NCBI GenBank assembly: GCA_965644315.1
Contig: CBFFRQ010000034.1
Location: forward strand, 62,001-126,000
Direction: 5' to 3'
Source: Caecitellus pseudoparvulus
Taxonomy: Eukaryota > Protista > Bigyra: Bicosoecida
Length of the DNA stretch: 64,000 nucleotides
The translations under genes and the position numbers were made by a program. Positions 1 to 12,403 of this stretch are shown here, in pieces; position 1 is the first letter of the stretch; every line of letters begins with the position of its first letter. The notes beneath the pieces were generated by a model. It worked only from the letters and a program-made list of their open reading frames with translations, was not told where the DNA came from and searched no databases.

Positions 1-549
1 GAATCGATGTTGCTGTGCTTGAGGAAGGTGCACTGCGTGCCTGGGACCGAGATGCCGCAGGTTGAAGCTCTGAGAGGACTGGCAGCCATTGGGCGAGGCG
101 AAGCGCCAAATGGACAAGCCGCACCGAAAACTGTGAATGTGGAAGAGCTGCAAGGTCTTCTGCGTGATGCGGGGAGTGCGCTGTTGGAGCAGGCTGGGCT
201 GTTGGCGGGGCAGCATGAACGAGGTGGTGCGTGTGCTGCGCTGCAGTATCTGTCGTTCCGGTGTTTTACCGCGGTGGATGTGCTGCATCAGGCGGCGAGC
301 GGTGTGAGTGAAGATGCAGTGCCGGAGGGTGATGCACTGTGGGACGATGTTCTGCAAGCGTGGAGCAATGTGCGGAGCGGTGCGAACGTCGACGGTGCGC
401 TGGCGGATGTGTCGCGATGGTGGCGCCAGCGCCAGGTGGCGGATGTGGCTGAGCAGGGTTGCCCGGTTGCACATGCAGACACTACTGAGGCAGCATTGGA
501 GGCAGCTTTGACTGACTTGCAGCAGCAGGCTGAGCAGGAGCAAGGCTGA
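1..549 (+). CDS. 3' end of a hypothetical protein (5'-truncated by the window edge)
   Basis: Frame 1 is open from base 1 to TGA at 547-549. The translation is helical and Ala/Leu/Glu-rich with no recognisable motif. It converges on the next gene. Confidence 0.6.
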   Translation, partial: ESMLLCLRKVHCVPGTEMPQVEALRGLAAIGRGEAPNGQAAPKTVNVEELQGLLRDAGSALLEQAGLLAGQHERGGACAALQYLSFRCFTAVDVLHQAASGVSEDAVPEGDALWDDVLQAWSNVRSGANVDGALADVSRWWRQRQVADVAEQGCPVAHADTTEAALEAALTDLQQQAEQEQG

Positions 550-676
550 CGCTGGGGAAAGTGGGAAGGGGGGGTTGCCGACAAAGAGTGCTGCAGAGCG
601 GGCTTGGCGTGTACGCAATGCATTCGATGGCGCAAGCCGTTGAAACCTGGGGCCCAAGTATAAAGCGCAGCAAGTA

Positions 677-2854
677 CTACCTCGCACCACCTTGTTTCAC
701 TGCAATACGCAGACGCACAATGGCGCTGCGCAGTCCGGTCAGGGGCAGTCCGCAGTCCTCCCACGCCAAGCGACGTGCTTGGCGTTTCTGCTCCTCCGTC
801 ACAAACGCGACCACAGTGGGGTCTGCAGTCAGTGCCAGCCGCACAGACATGGCGCTGAGTCGTGCACCTGGTGTGGCTGAGTCGGGGTCAGCTGCGTGCT
901 GCTGGTGCAGGGCTGTGGCCAGCGCTGACCCAAGTGGCTGGTGGGCCGCTGGGGGCAGGACGGCCAGGCTGGACAGACACAGGCCCGTTGACACCGCACT
1001 TCCAGCCAGTGCAGCTGCACACGCGTGCAGGTGTGCAGTGTGATCCGTGGAACGGGTCGCGTCGCTTGGCTGTGGTAGGCCAGGGGCACGGCAGGCGACG
1101 GCGAGGCACAGCGCCATGACGAGCTGCGCTGAGACGGAGGCGGCAGCCCCCATGATGGGCTGTGCCTTGAACAAAACCGTTTCTTCGCGTGTTCCGTGTT
1201 CCAGCTGTGTGGTGGCCCAGGCGGCGTTGAGGTAGGGGCAGTCTGCGACCATGTTGGGCAGGGGCGGGATGTTGACTCCTGCGGCGGCGGTGAGGGCCGA
1301 TGCGAGGTCGGGCGAGTCACCCCGCCGTGTGGCCGCGACGAGGGATGCATCGGGAGGCGGCAGCGCCCACCCCCCCCGGGCACAAATGGCGTCCAGGCAC
1401 TGCTCTGCGGCAGCCAGGGTGCGGGGGCAGCCGTTAACGGCGGCAGCACCGCGGAACGCCTTAGCTACGTCTGGCAACGTGTCCAGGGTGCAGGGGAGCA
1501 GGGCTGTCAAGGAGGGCAGTGCGTCCACTTGGCCTGCAGTGAGGCAGGGCCCAATGGTGGTGTCAATCATGCTCTCCAGCAGCTCGTCGGGGGACATGAT
1601 GGTGGTGGGAGTGGCTAGGACGGCGTTGTGCAGGAGGGTGACGGCGAGGGGGGTGTGACCCCCCCTCACGGCGGCCAGGGCCAGGATGAGGCTGGGCTCC
1701 ACATCCCCACCCTCAACTTGCACTGCCGCGGGGTCCAGCGTGCCCGCCACGGCGGCGTGGATATTGCGGAGTGCGACGGGGTGGTCAGTGCTGGCGGAGG
1801 TGCCGAGGTCGCACAGGGTGGTCGCAAAGTCAGGGGGCGGCGGTGCGTACCACAGCCAGTGCGTGTACACTCCCTGTGAATACATCATGCCTGTGCGCAT
1901 GTCCACGGCACTGGGGCGTGCGACCAGCACGGCTCGCAGACGGTCGGCGCCGTCCGGCAGCTGCGACATGCGTGCGAGCATGAGCTCGTTCAAGTACAGG
2001 AAGACACGGGGCGTGTCTGCGAAGGCTGTGACGAGGGAAGGCAGCAGGTCGGGCAGGCTGTCCACGGTGCAGCCCATGTGCACGAGGGCGCGGAGGAAGG
2101 AGGTGCGTTCTGCGTCGTGGGCGTCGATTTCCGTCCAGTTTGAGAGGCCGCCGGTGGGCGTCATGGTCACGGTGCGCCCAGTGGCGTCGAGGAGGGTGAG
2201 CGCGCCGCCGGGTGCGGAGAGGTCGTCGGCCCACAGCAGGGGGGAGAACTGCATCATGCCGAGGATGATGCTGGGCGCCACGCGCGCACGGCAGAGGCGA
2301 GATAAGGCGGCGTGGTGTCCGGGCGGCACGTGTTGCAGTGCGACGTCCAACAGAGGCTGAAGGGGGGGTGGCAGGTCGCCTGCGCCACAGCTGGTGAGCA
2401 GGGTGTAAACGGTCGATACGCAGCGATCGAGGGTCTTGTTGCCGGGCTTGTCCTCCGCCTCGAGGTGTGTGCGCAGCAGGTCGCACGCTCGTCGCAGCGT
2501 GGCGTCCTCGCCCGTCTCTGCAGCTCCTAGTCGGATGAGGATGGGGAGGAAGCGGAGAGAGTGCGTGCTGAAATCGCGCTGGAGGGCGGTGATGGGCATC
2601 AGGGCAACCTTGCGCACGAAGGTTTCCAGCCCCTTCCATGTGCAAGGCGGTGTGGAGGGTTCGGCGATGAAGGGCTCCAGGTCAAGTTCCGCACCGCTCG
2701 CCGCTGCGCGGTCTACGGCTGGGCAGCAGCGTGCCAGGAAGGGCAAGGGCATGCGCTTGCGCACACCGGCTATGCGTGTGTTGACGAACACCAGGGGCGG
2801 CAGCAGGCTCGCAGGCGGGTGACACAGGGCCTGGGAGCGGGGTTTGGCTGCCAT
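677..2854 (-). CDS. Hypothetical protein, ~725 aa, predicted all-helical (solenoid-like)
   Basis: Longest ORF in the region (677..2914). The first ATG is at 2854 (MAAKPRSQ). The translation is Leu/Ala-rich and amphipathic. No family recognised. Confidence 0.7.
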   Translation of the reverse strand: MAAKPRSQALCHPPASLLPPLVFVNTRIAGVRKRMPLPFLARCCPAVDRAAASGAELDLEPFIAEPSTPPCTWKGLETFVRKVALMPITALQRDFSTHSLRFLPILIRLGAAETGEDATLRRACDLLRTHLEAEDKPGNKTLDRCVSTVYTLLTSCGAGDLPPPLQPLLDVALQHVPPGHHAALSRLCRARVAPSIILGMMQFSPLLWADDLSAPGGALTLLDATGRTVTMTPTGGLSNWTEIDAHDAERTSFLRALVHMGCTVDSLPDLLPSLVTAFADTPRVFLYLNELMLARMSQLPDGADRLRAVLVARPSAVDMRTGMMYSQGVYTHWLWYAPPPPDFATTLCDLGTSASTDHPVALRNIHAAVAGTLDPAAVQVEGGDVEPSLILALAAVRGGHTPLAVTLLHNAVLATPTTIMSPDELLESMIDTTIGPCLTAGQVDALPSLTALLPCTLDTLPDVAKAFRGAAAVNGCPRTLAAAEQCLDAICARGGWALPPPDASLVAATRRGDSPDLASALTAAAGVNIPPLPNMVADCPYLNAAWATTQLEHGTREETVLFKAQPIMGAAASVSAQLVMALCLAVACRAPGLPQPSDATRSTDHTAHLHACAAALAGSAVSTGLCLSSLAVLPPAAHQPLGSALATALHQQHAADPDSATPGARLSAMSVRLALTADPTVVAFVTEEQKRQARRLAWEDCGLPLTGLRSAIVRLRIAVKQGGAR

Positions 2855-3056
2855 GCTGCGGCGGCTTGGCGTGGTGAGGCGAGGGGCCAATGTGCGTGCT
2901 GCTGCAGGGTGCAAAACGTAAGAGTCCTGGGCGCGGTGAAGGGCGCGCTTGAATGAGCACCGATAACAGTACTACCAGGACTGCTGCCTTGGGTTTTGGT
3001 GCCGCCTTGCGTTTGGCGGCTTGGCACCAAGGCCGCTCTCGCACCCACTGAACGCG
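2855..3056. promoter_or_regulatory. Putative bidirectional promoter (202 bp)
   Basis: Lies between divergent start codons; inferred from position only. Confidence 0.45.
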
Positions 3057-6000
3057 ATGGCAGTGCAGATCAGCTGCCGAGTGGCGGGTGTGCCTGTGTT
3101 GCTGCCAGAGGGGTATGATGAAATCCTGGCATGGCATGCGAGTGACCGACGCCTTGTGGGTGCGCCGAGCCTTGGCGGGCGGGTGCCCAGTGCGCACGCG
3201 TTTCGTGTCGCTGGCGTTACGCGTGCCGGCGCACACGGCACGGCGTCCATTCAGGCCCACACCGCTGCCGAAAGCACAGCCCCAGTGTTGGCTCGTTGCG
3301 CTTCACACGGAAACGCAGCTTGGTTGGATGTGCAGGGCATCGTGCGGGTGCTGGTTGGTCAGACAGGCGCTCAAACGGCCGCGCCGTGCCCCGGCGATTT
3401 GCTGCTGCCTTGCCACCGCGTCACTCTGTCCCTGGCAGCGCAGGGGTCGGTGGTGGTGCTGACGTCTCAGGTCCAGCAAGCGACGTGGATTGGACGTGTC
3501 ACGCATGCGCACCACATTGCCTGGCACCGCGCCATTGCGCGCTCTGCTCTGTCCAAGGCTGCTGTGCATGGTGGCGAGGCTGCGTTTCATGCAGTGGCGT
3601 TTCAGGCTCGGGGGCCAGCTACAAAGGCCGCCACTGGCGTGCTGAACGTGAGCGCTCGGCCAGTGGAGGACGCTGTGCAGCTGCGCCACCCCTCTGGTGA
3701 TGACGAGGGGCGGCTTTGGAAGGTTGACCTGCACGCGTTTCGAGTGCAATTGCCGCAGGCCGGTGGTCACTCTGAGCCACCGGTGAACGCCGGCACCGCC
3801 AGCGAGGAGGAGGAGGAGGAGGTGGACGCCTGGCCGCCTCGTCTGCTGAGCGCGGAGACATTCTCTCTGCGTCTGCCACGTGGCGTGGGCGCTGAGCAGG
3901 TACGGGTGAAGGTGGGTGGAGGGGGCGACTGGGTGGCGGTGTGCGGAGGGGGGGCGGAGGGCCCCTCCTGCCTCGTAACGCACCACAGACCCACAGGCAT
4001 GACGTACACCCTGCCCCTGCACCATCTCAGCGCGACGGTCGTGTCAGGGCCTGAGGCGCACGTCCTGGAGGGGGGGTCCATGACACCCTGGAGGGGGGGT
4101 CCGGCGGGTGTCCACTCTGGACTCCCGTCGCCAACCACCACCATCCACGACTTTGCGTGGCTGGAACATGGCGCAGGGTTGGTGGTGTTGTCGGAACACG
4201 GCAGCCTGGGCGTGTTCCTGCCCAGTGGCCTGCCTCTGCCCCTGGCTGTGACTCTGAGCACGCGGGGTGGGTCAGCAGCCTCTGCCGCCTTCGCAGCTCA
4301 CCCACTGGGCAGGCATGGGTCAGGGGGGGGGAGCAGGAGTCAGCACGCGGGTGGCGAGGCCAGGGAATCGGCTCTGGACACGCCAGGCACTGACTCGTCC
4401 AGTGACTCGGAGGACCGCAGCATCGTGGAGGGTGGCAGGGCGAGCGGGTCAGCGAGCGCCCTGCGCCTGGCACTGGGGGTGTTCCCGGCCCCCCCTCCAG
4501 GGCAGGTCGACCCCCCCTCACGCCACACCATCGCCGTGCACACGAGTGCAGCGCGGTCGCCCGTGGCAGGGGGTGGGCCCACCCCCCCCGGCTCCCCGCA
4601 TTCCCTCGTCATCGCCAACGGCAGCATGGCGTTCGTGCTGAGCCTGAGTGGGCCTGAGTCAGACTGCGGGTCACCCGACGGGCGCACGGCAGTCATGCAG
4701 TGCCTGGTGACTCCCCACGCCCTCAGCGGGTTGGGTTCCACCCTCAGCCGCACTGCAGCGGAAGCACGTGCGACCCTGCTGCCGACCAGTCGACACCGCC
4801 CCTTCACCCGGTCGCACAGCGACGCTTGTGTCGCATCTGCCCTGGCACTGCTTCAAGTGCTGCCTCAGACACACGCGGAAGCGGCGACTTTGCGTGATGC
4901 GTTGGCGCCCCATGTGCGTGAGCTGCAGGCCCAGCTGCAAAGCACACCTCGTGCGGGGGACAGTGGAAGTGCCGGTCGCGTGGCCGCCGAGCTGGTCGCA
5001 GGGGTCGAGTGTCTGACACGTGGCCTGCACGCCTGGTGTCTCCTGTGTGCACAGCCCCCCCCCCCCCCCCCCTCATCTGACGATGACGTGGCGCCTGCCA
5101 GGGAACAGCTGGTGCGCGCTGCCGTGTGTCGGCTGGTCGCAGACGGGCTCGCTGCGACCACCAGCGCCGTGCTGGATCTGCGCGCCGTCGCCGACGCCGC
5201 TGCCGGGCGGCGTGATGTGCGCACCGCAGTGTTGGCGCTGCACAGCGCTGTGATGACGACGGCACTTGCTGCAGCAGGACAGGTGGCGCCGCAGCCCGTC
5301 GCACTGCGACCGGGTGTCGCACACGACGACCAGCTGAGCGTGGCACCCAGCACGACCCTGCAGCGCCGACTGGAGCTGCTGGGCGACGTGGTGCCCGATG
5401 GCGTCGACGACGGCGCGGTGCTGGCGCCAGCGGCGCAGGCAAATGCCCAGCAAGTGTTTGCGCTGGTGAAGGCTATTGTTGACACCTGGACGTGGCAGCT
5501 GACGTCGCGTGAGCACCCCAATGCGCTGGTCGCGCCGACGCTGGACGCCGGTGCAGCTCGCGACGCGACCAGCTCGGCCTCCTCGCCCCTCCTGCAGCAG
5601 CTGCCTCAGTACGTGGCAGAGGCGGTGTTGCAGTGCTTGGGTGCGGGGCATGCGTGGCTGGGGCGCTCGGGGGAGGAGGTGGCGGCGGCGCCTCTTGACT
5701 TGCACCCCCCCTTGACACCCCTTCACGTGGGCTGGGTGCTGACCATGCGGCGGCTCGCACAGGTCGCACAGGAGGTCGCACAGGCGGTCGCAGCTGGCGA
5801 CGACGAAGGCGTCGAGGACCAGGCGTACTGGGTGCACTACGCCGCGCACGTCGCACGTGACGACCTCCTCGCGCAAGAGGTCGCAGCCACCGACGCCATT
5901 CTGCAGGTCGAGCGAGTCGCACTGGCCCTGGGTGCCGAAACGCCCGTGCCCCCCGCTGCACACAGAGCCCTGTGCGCAGCACTGGACCGCGTGCGCGAGC

Positions 6001-9000
6001 TGCACTGCCTGGATCGGCGCCTGCGACCAGCTGCCGCGCCTCAACTGCATCCTGCCGCAGAAACAGCCGCTGCGGCTGCTGTGGCCGCGGCAGCTGCAGC
6101 GTACCAGGCTGCCCTGGCGAGGGGACTGGCAGCGGTGGCTGCTGGGGACTTGCTCGGCGCCTGCGACCAGCTGCACTTGGCAGGGCCTGCCGGGCTGCCC
6201 GCACTGATGGTGGTGCTGCTCCTGCGGCAGCGACCCGCAGAGGCGCTGTCGCTGGGGCGACGCGCCTGCCACAAAGTACAGGCGGCGGCAGAGGGTGAGG
6301 GGCGTGAGGTCAGTGGCTACGCTGCTGCTGCACTTGTGCTGGGCAGTGCCCTGGCGCAGTCCTTCTGGGGCGACGGGGAGGGGCTGCCGGTGGGCGTTTC
6401 TGCGACGGGGCGCCTGGTGTGGGGAGCGGAATTTGACAAGGCCCTGTCGGGCGAGGCACTAGTGCTGCCACACCCCGCCTGTGCTGGGGCATGCGCCACC
6501 GAGCCCGCCCCGGAGTCAGGGTGGGCGGAGGATGGGCCCACTGTGCGGCCGTCCCCCCGTCATGTCCCCCGAGCGCCGCTCCTGCTGGCTGCGGCGCACT
6601 TGCACGACTGGAGCCCCCACACGGCGGTGGAGCTGCTGGTCGCAGGCGGCGCGTGCGACCTGGCGGGTGCCCTCGCTGCGACCTGCCCCGCCCGCGTCGT
6701 GCAGGTGCAGGTGACGCAGCCCTCATCCATGCTGGCAGACACCGACCCACATTCTACCCCCACAGCTGTGCTGACAGTGGGCGTGCGCGTGCCGGACGGG
6801 GCGCTGCCGCCCATCCTGCCGCAGGATGGGCCCATGTCCCCACAGGGTGGGCCCAGTCTGGACCCCACGCCCCTCGTCACCTTCCACCACGAGGAGGACG
6901 GCCCACTGTTCTGGCTGCGACCAGGACAGGCTGCGTGGCTGGATACAGCCACAGTGCGTCACCTGCACACTGCCCACGATGCGATCGGCAACCACGCGCT
7001 GCTGCGGGCACACTGGGACGATCTGGACTCGGACGCGGTGCAGGTAGGCCTGCGGGCGGCGGCCCGCGTCGCCATGTCGCACTGCGACCGACGACACTTC
7101 AACGAGCTGCTGTACCTGGTCAGAAGCTTGCCGCTGCCGCCGCCTGCCGTGGCTGCGTGGCTGAGCTGTGTGGCACGCGATGCGGGCTCTGCCCTGGATG
7201 TGCTCGCCGCACAAGTCACGCTCGCCGACGCCGCTCGTGCGTTGTCGGGCCTGGGCGGCGAGGACAGTGACTCGCCGACCCTCGTCGCGCTGCTGGCGCG
7301 CGGTGTGCTGGCGCCACCTTTCACACACCGCCCCGCCAACCCCGCCATGCACACCACGGCGCAGTGGCTGCAAGCGGTGCAAGACGCCGCTGCGGCACTG
7401 CCCCTGCCCAGTGTTCCGAGCTGGGTCCCTGTTCCGCATGTGCGGCGTTCCGGGCAGCGCCACGCACCCCGCACACACCGACCCAGCGCTGACGCGCAAC
7501 CTGACGGTAGTGCCACGGACACGACGCACTTCGACGCGACGGGGCGCACGGCGTCGAGAGTCAGTGCCGGCCACGCAGGACTCGCCTTTCAGACTCAGCT
7601 GCAGTTCGGCGGCGCAGTCGCTGGCGATGCGTTGGTGCGATTCCCAGCGCCGCCCGATGGCGCTTGCGATGCGGGGGGCGAGGGAGAGGCGGTCGACGCC
7701 GCGATGCAGCACATCGCCTTGTGCGACCTGCCGCACGCGCGACCCCTCGTCGTCTTTCCCGGCCTGCAGGCTCTGTGCCGCACCGGTGTCGGCCATGCCC
7801 CAGCGCTGGCATACATCTGCCACGTGTCAGGCGCTGGGCGGACAGCCCACGCTACGCTCGCAGGGCTACTGTCAGTCGCAGACTCAGGGAACGCGCAGCA
7901 GGTCGCAGGGTCGACGGAAGGGCAGGAGGGAGAAGGGGCGGAGCTGGTCGCAGCCCCCTCCCCAACTCCGCGCTTGCTGCTGGCGGCTGTGTTGGTGCTT
8001 GATGCGATCCATGCGGCGCTGGAGTGCGAGGCGGGCGTCGGCGCCTGCGACCAGCTCACGTGGCGTGACCTGTTCACTGCAGCACTGCCGCCACCCGAAG
8101 CGCTCCTGGCTGGCAGTGCTGCCACCCACCCCGCACCCGCCCTGGCGCCGTTGGTGTCGCCGCTGCAGAGCGTGCTGCTGGCGACGTGGCGATGGGACAG
8201 CCTGCTGGCGCTGTCGAGCTGGGGTCGGCAGGTCGCACGCCGAGCGTCGCAGGCGGCAGCGGCGCCCCCTTCTCCGTCGATCCCACCTCCCCCCACACCA
8301 GTGCGCGCATTTGGCTCGCCTGGCTGGCACGGCAGCTTCGTGCAGCTGGCTGGCGAGTCGGCGCTGCAGCTGGTCGCTGACGCCGACGTGCGACCTCGGC
8401 TGGCGTCCCTCGTCCTGACGACGCCGCCCTCTGCTGGGTCTGCTCTGGTCGCGGGGGAGGCGGAGGCGGTGGCTGCCTCGCTGACTCCCCTGCGTATTAC
8501 GGCCGAGGCAGCTCTGGCCGGAGCTGTTACCGCCCTCGCCCTCACCGCGCCCCCCGTAGACACGCCCGGGGGCCCTTCCCGCAGCAGTGCCGCTGAAACG
8601 CAGCACATGGTGGCGGGGTTGCTGGCACTGGCGAGTGGCTCAGCCCCCGCCCTGGCCATGCAAGCGCTGGCCGTGGCGCCACAGCACACACTGCTGCAGG
8701 GTGCGGCGGCGGCAGTGGCGGGTGCGTGGCGCACGGTGCAGCGACGGGGGGGTTGGGGGGGGGGTGCCGCCGCTTCGACCCCCCCCCCTGATCCCGTCGA
8801 CCCCTCCAGTTGGGACGCCGTGCAGGGTGTACTGCAGCGGCAGCTGGTGGGGCGCGGCGTCGCACTGCGACGTGCTGTGTGGGCGCTGTGGCCCATGCTT
8901 CGGTCGGTGCGACCAGCGCGCGACCAGGGCGACGCCGCGGCAGCCCAGTGGCAAGCCGCACTGCATGGGGGGCTGGGCACGGCGGGGCGTTGGTTACGAC

Positions 9001-12000
9001 GCCACCACGCCGCGCTGGTCGCAGCTGACGACCGCGTCGAGCGCGACCTGCCCCGCCCCGTGCAGACCCTCCGCGCTGCACTGCGAGCCAAGTGTGCCGT
9101 GCAGGCATGGGCGCACCAGCAGGCGTTTCTCGACCAGCACGTGCGACCCGGCACAGTGCACCACGCACTGGCTGGCCGGGCGCTGTCCACGGATGCGTTT
9201 CGGGGCTTTGCTGGCGCGTTTCGGCAGCTCTTCCAGGGCCGCGGCCTGTTCACACCGTGGCACAGCTCCGAAGCCAACGACCTCAGATCGGCCGTGCTGA
9301 CCAGTGTGCAGGAGCCTGCACCGGACAGCTCCCGCGGCCTGGATGTGTCTCTGTCACTGCAGCAGGACCGGCGGCGCTCTGATGCGTTTCACGCAGGGGC
9401 GGGCGGCACGCCAGTCAGTCTGCCCACCCTGGCGCTGCCCCCCTCCCCCCACCGGACAGGGGGGGGAGGGGGGGTCGTGTCACGATCACCCCCCTCCACG
9501 GTGGGCCTGCTGCGCACCGCCCTACCTCAGGTCGCACCTTCCCCTGGCCGCCTGTCCCTTCTGGACATCAGCGCCGTGTCAGTGGAGTCCGGAGGGGGGC
9601 GGGGTGTTCCGGATGGGGTGGAGGCGGAACACGAGGGGGGTCTGCGGCCCCCCCTTCTGCCCTCCCACTCCCTGGCACATCACTTGCAGAGCGCAAGGGG
9701 TGTGGCACAACACTCCGCCCTGCTGGCGTGGCGTGACGACACACAGGCTGTGCTGGGGGGGGCAGGGGGGCGCGGAGAACGTGAGGGGGGGGGCGCAGAT
9801 GTTCCGGGTGAACTGTCGGAGTACCAGGCTGGACTGCTGCAGGAGGCACAGGCGGCTGCGGCGGCAGCGCGAGCAAGGGCGGAGCAATTGTCTGCAGCTG
9901 CAACGAATGGCGGCAGCCCCAGTGAAGTACAGGTGGCTCCTGAAACGGAACAGGAGGGTGGTGGGGAGAGTGCAACGCAGCAGCCCCTAGCGAGTGTACT
10001 GTTGGAAACGCTGTCGTTGCCGATGCTGCTGGGAACGCGCGGAGTCGACTCCGAGTCAGGCAGTGGCGCCAGCGTGGCCAGTGACATTGACTTGGAGCAG
10101 GAAGCCGCTGGGTCCAGCCGTCGCGGTGACTCGCCGCCACCCCCCTCCCCACCCCCCGCTTCCCCCCCCCTGAACTCCACACGAGCAGTGACGGCAGTCT
10201 GGGCGATGTGGTGCCGGAGCGCAACGCGAGTGCGCAGTTGCGACCACCTAGCGGCACTGCAGCTGTGAAACGCATGGTGCATGCGGACACGCAGACGGCG
10301 TCGTGGGATATGGCGCCTGAAGGGTTAGAGCAGAGGCGGCAGCCATGGACAGCGGAGTCACCGAGTGCACCGTCAGGGAGCGGCGCGGCGACATTGCCGA
10401 GGGGAGTCGAGTCACCGCGAGGTCAGCGGTGGGAAACGCAGCATGCGGCGCCCAGCAGCCCAAGCAGCGCAGGGGCGCCAAACGCACACGAAGTCGTGCA
10501 TGCGGTTTTCGGAGGTGACTCGACAGGTGTTGACTCGTGGCTGATGGACGGCGGCAGCGCAAGCCCGACAGGGACGCCTGCCGACGACACCAGTGACTCC
10601 CTGACCCGCGCCATCGACAACGCAGCACACCTCGATGCCGCCCACAGCCCTGCCCGCAAAGCCGCCGCCACTGGCGCACTGGGTGACGTCTCTGTTCTGC
10701 ATTCCATGTGTTCTTCCTCACAGTGGAGTGCCGATGATGCTGGCGTGCTGGTGCCTGCGTTGCAGCCCACGCACAACGCAGCAGACGCGCCACCGCCAGC
10801 AACAGCAACGTCAGTGGCGCGGGAGTGGCTGCGCGGCAGCGCCGCTTCAGACGCCCTGCGAGCAAGCCTGGTCGCAGCTGCCGACGCAGGCGACGCCTTG
10901 CACATGCCTTCTAGCCTGCCGTTGCCCAGCGGACCACTGCCGTTGCTGGCGTGGGAGGACGAGGGGGTCGGCGGGTCGCACAGTGCGACGTCGCAGAGCA
11001 GCTCCGATGAGGCCGCCAGTGATTCGGAGGAGTCACTGGCCTCCGAAGCCGCCGCGCCCCCCCCTGCACCCCCCTCCGACCCCGCCCCCATCCGGGCTGC
11101 TGACGTCAGTGTGGAGTTGGACCCCCACGGCCGCATCGCAGCGGCCCAGGCACGCATGCAGCGTGCGGTGCGGAAATTGAGCAACCTGGGCGTGCCCGAC
11201 CTCGCAAATTCCGCACTGCGGGCAGCCCTGCCTGACCCTGCAGCCGACCTACCTGCCGCCCTGGCAGCTCAGCTGGCTGCTGCGTTACGCGGTGAGGACG
11301 TGCCGTCGTCGGGGGGAATAGCACGAGTGCGCGGGAGGGGGCGCGTGGCAGTGGCGGCGGAGGAGGGCGACTCAGACGCCCCGTCGCAGGAGCCGACCCC
11401 GGTCGCACCCGCCCCTCGCATCCGCAGTCGACGCCGCCTCCCCAGCACCTTCTTCCACCAGGCACCGGACACGCACAGCAGCGGCAGCGGCCGTGGTGGG
11501 GCTGTGGTGTCTCCTGGGGAAGGCACACCGCCGGGCGCATCAGGTGAACATCAGCCTGCTTCAGGTGCGCCACGCCCCCTGCTGGATGGGCGTGGGCAGC
11601 CCGTGACGAACCACCCCCTGCCCCAGAGTGACGCGAAGGCCGGTGACGCACACAGCAGTCCCCAGCGTGGAAGCATTCACGAGCCCCCCTCCAGCAAGGT
11701 TGCGACCCTCCCCCTGCCGGAGGGCTGGGTGCCGTCAGGCGACCTGATGCAGAAACGCTCTGCGGCAGTGGGGCGGGCCATCGATGCGATGCTGGCAGAC
11801 ACGTTGCAGTTGGAGGCGGATGTGGCGGCGTCGCGGCAGATTCTGGCTGACGCGTCGCGGCTGGAGGCGGAACACAAACGGAGTGTTCGGCTCGCAGGCC
11901 TGAAGACCCGGGCGAGTCACCTTGGTCTCGATGGCGCCACTGCGGCGCACGATGGCGTGCCTGCAGCGACGCCCGGCGACACCTCGTTCACGGGCGGGTC

Positions 12001-12115
12001 GCACGTCGGCGGCGACGAGGTGCGACCCCCGGACAAGGTCGCAGACTCCGCCACACGAGCGGTGTCTGATGCGCGCGCCTTACTGAATTCCCTGAAGCAG
12101 GGGCGGCGGTGGTGA
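3057..12115 (+). CDS. CPLANE1: CPLANE1/JBTS17 (C5orf42)-like ciliogenesis protein, ~3020 aa, with an apparent frameshift at ~10130-10171
   Basis: ORFs 3021..10268 and 10208..12115 overlap in different frames. IHDFAWLEHGAGLVVLSEHGSLGVFLPSG (~4143-4230), RHTIAVH...SLVIANGSMAFVL (~4520-4640) and WSPHTAVELLVAGG (~6608) resemble, in order, the CPLANE1 segments I recall (DISWTHDSLFLACMLKRGSL; RFSIKAH..LVISDG; WTVEYALELLFIGG). The joined length is close to vertebrate CPLANE1. Confidence 0.65.
5055..5072 (+). repeat. C18 homopolymer inside coding sequence (poly-Pro)
   Basis: 18 consecutive C with the frame preserved. Confidence 0.9.
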
Positions 12116-12403
12116 GGGGGCGCGCTCAGTGAGTGCGTTAAGGCTGGGCTGGTGAGGTTGGGGTGGGGGGTGTCGACGCAGCAGCTTGTGGCGCGGTGAA
12201 TTCATACGTTTCCGCAACTGTCACACGTCGCCAGGCCAGGGTGCAGGCAGACGGGGGGGGGGGCGTCGCACAGCCCCGAGCAATATGCCAGCAGAAACGC
12301 TCCTGCAAGGGGAAGCTTCGACGCTTTACGCCAAGCCAAGGCGCAAGGAGGGTGACGATGCTGGTTTGGCAAGGGGTGTGCGACAACGGGGAAGGGGGGG
12401 GTG

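Noticed and set aside
7595-9277. Long antisense or alternative-frame ORFs (also 14071-16203, 42352-44259, 54175-55599 and many others)
   Set aside because: They overlap well-supported genes, are expected from stop-codon scarcity at high GC, and show no motifs.
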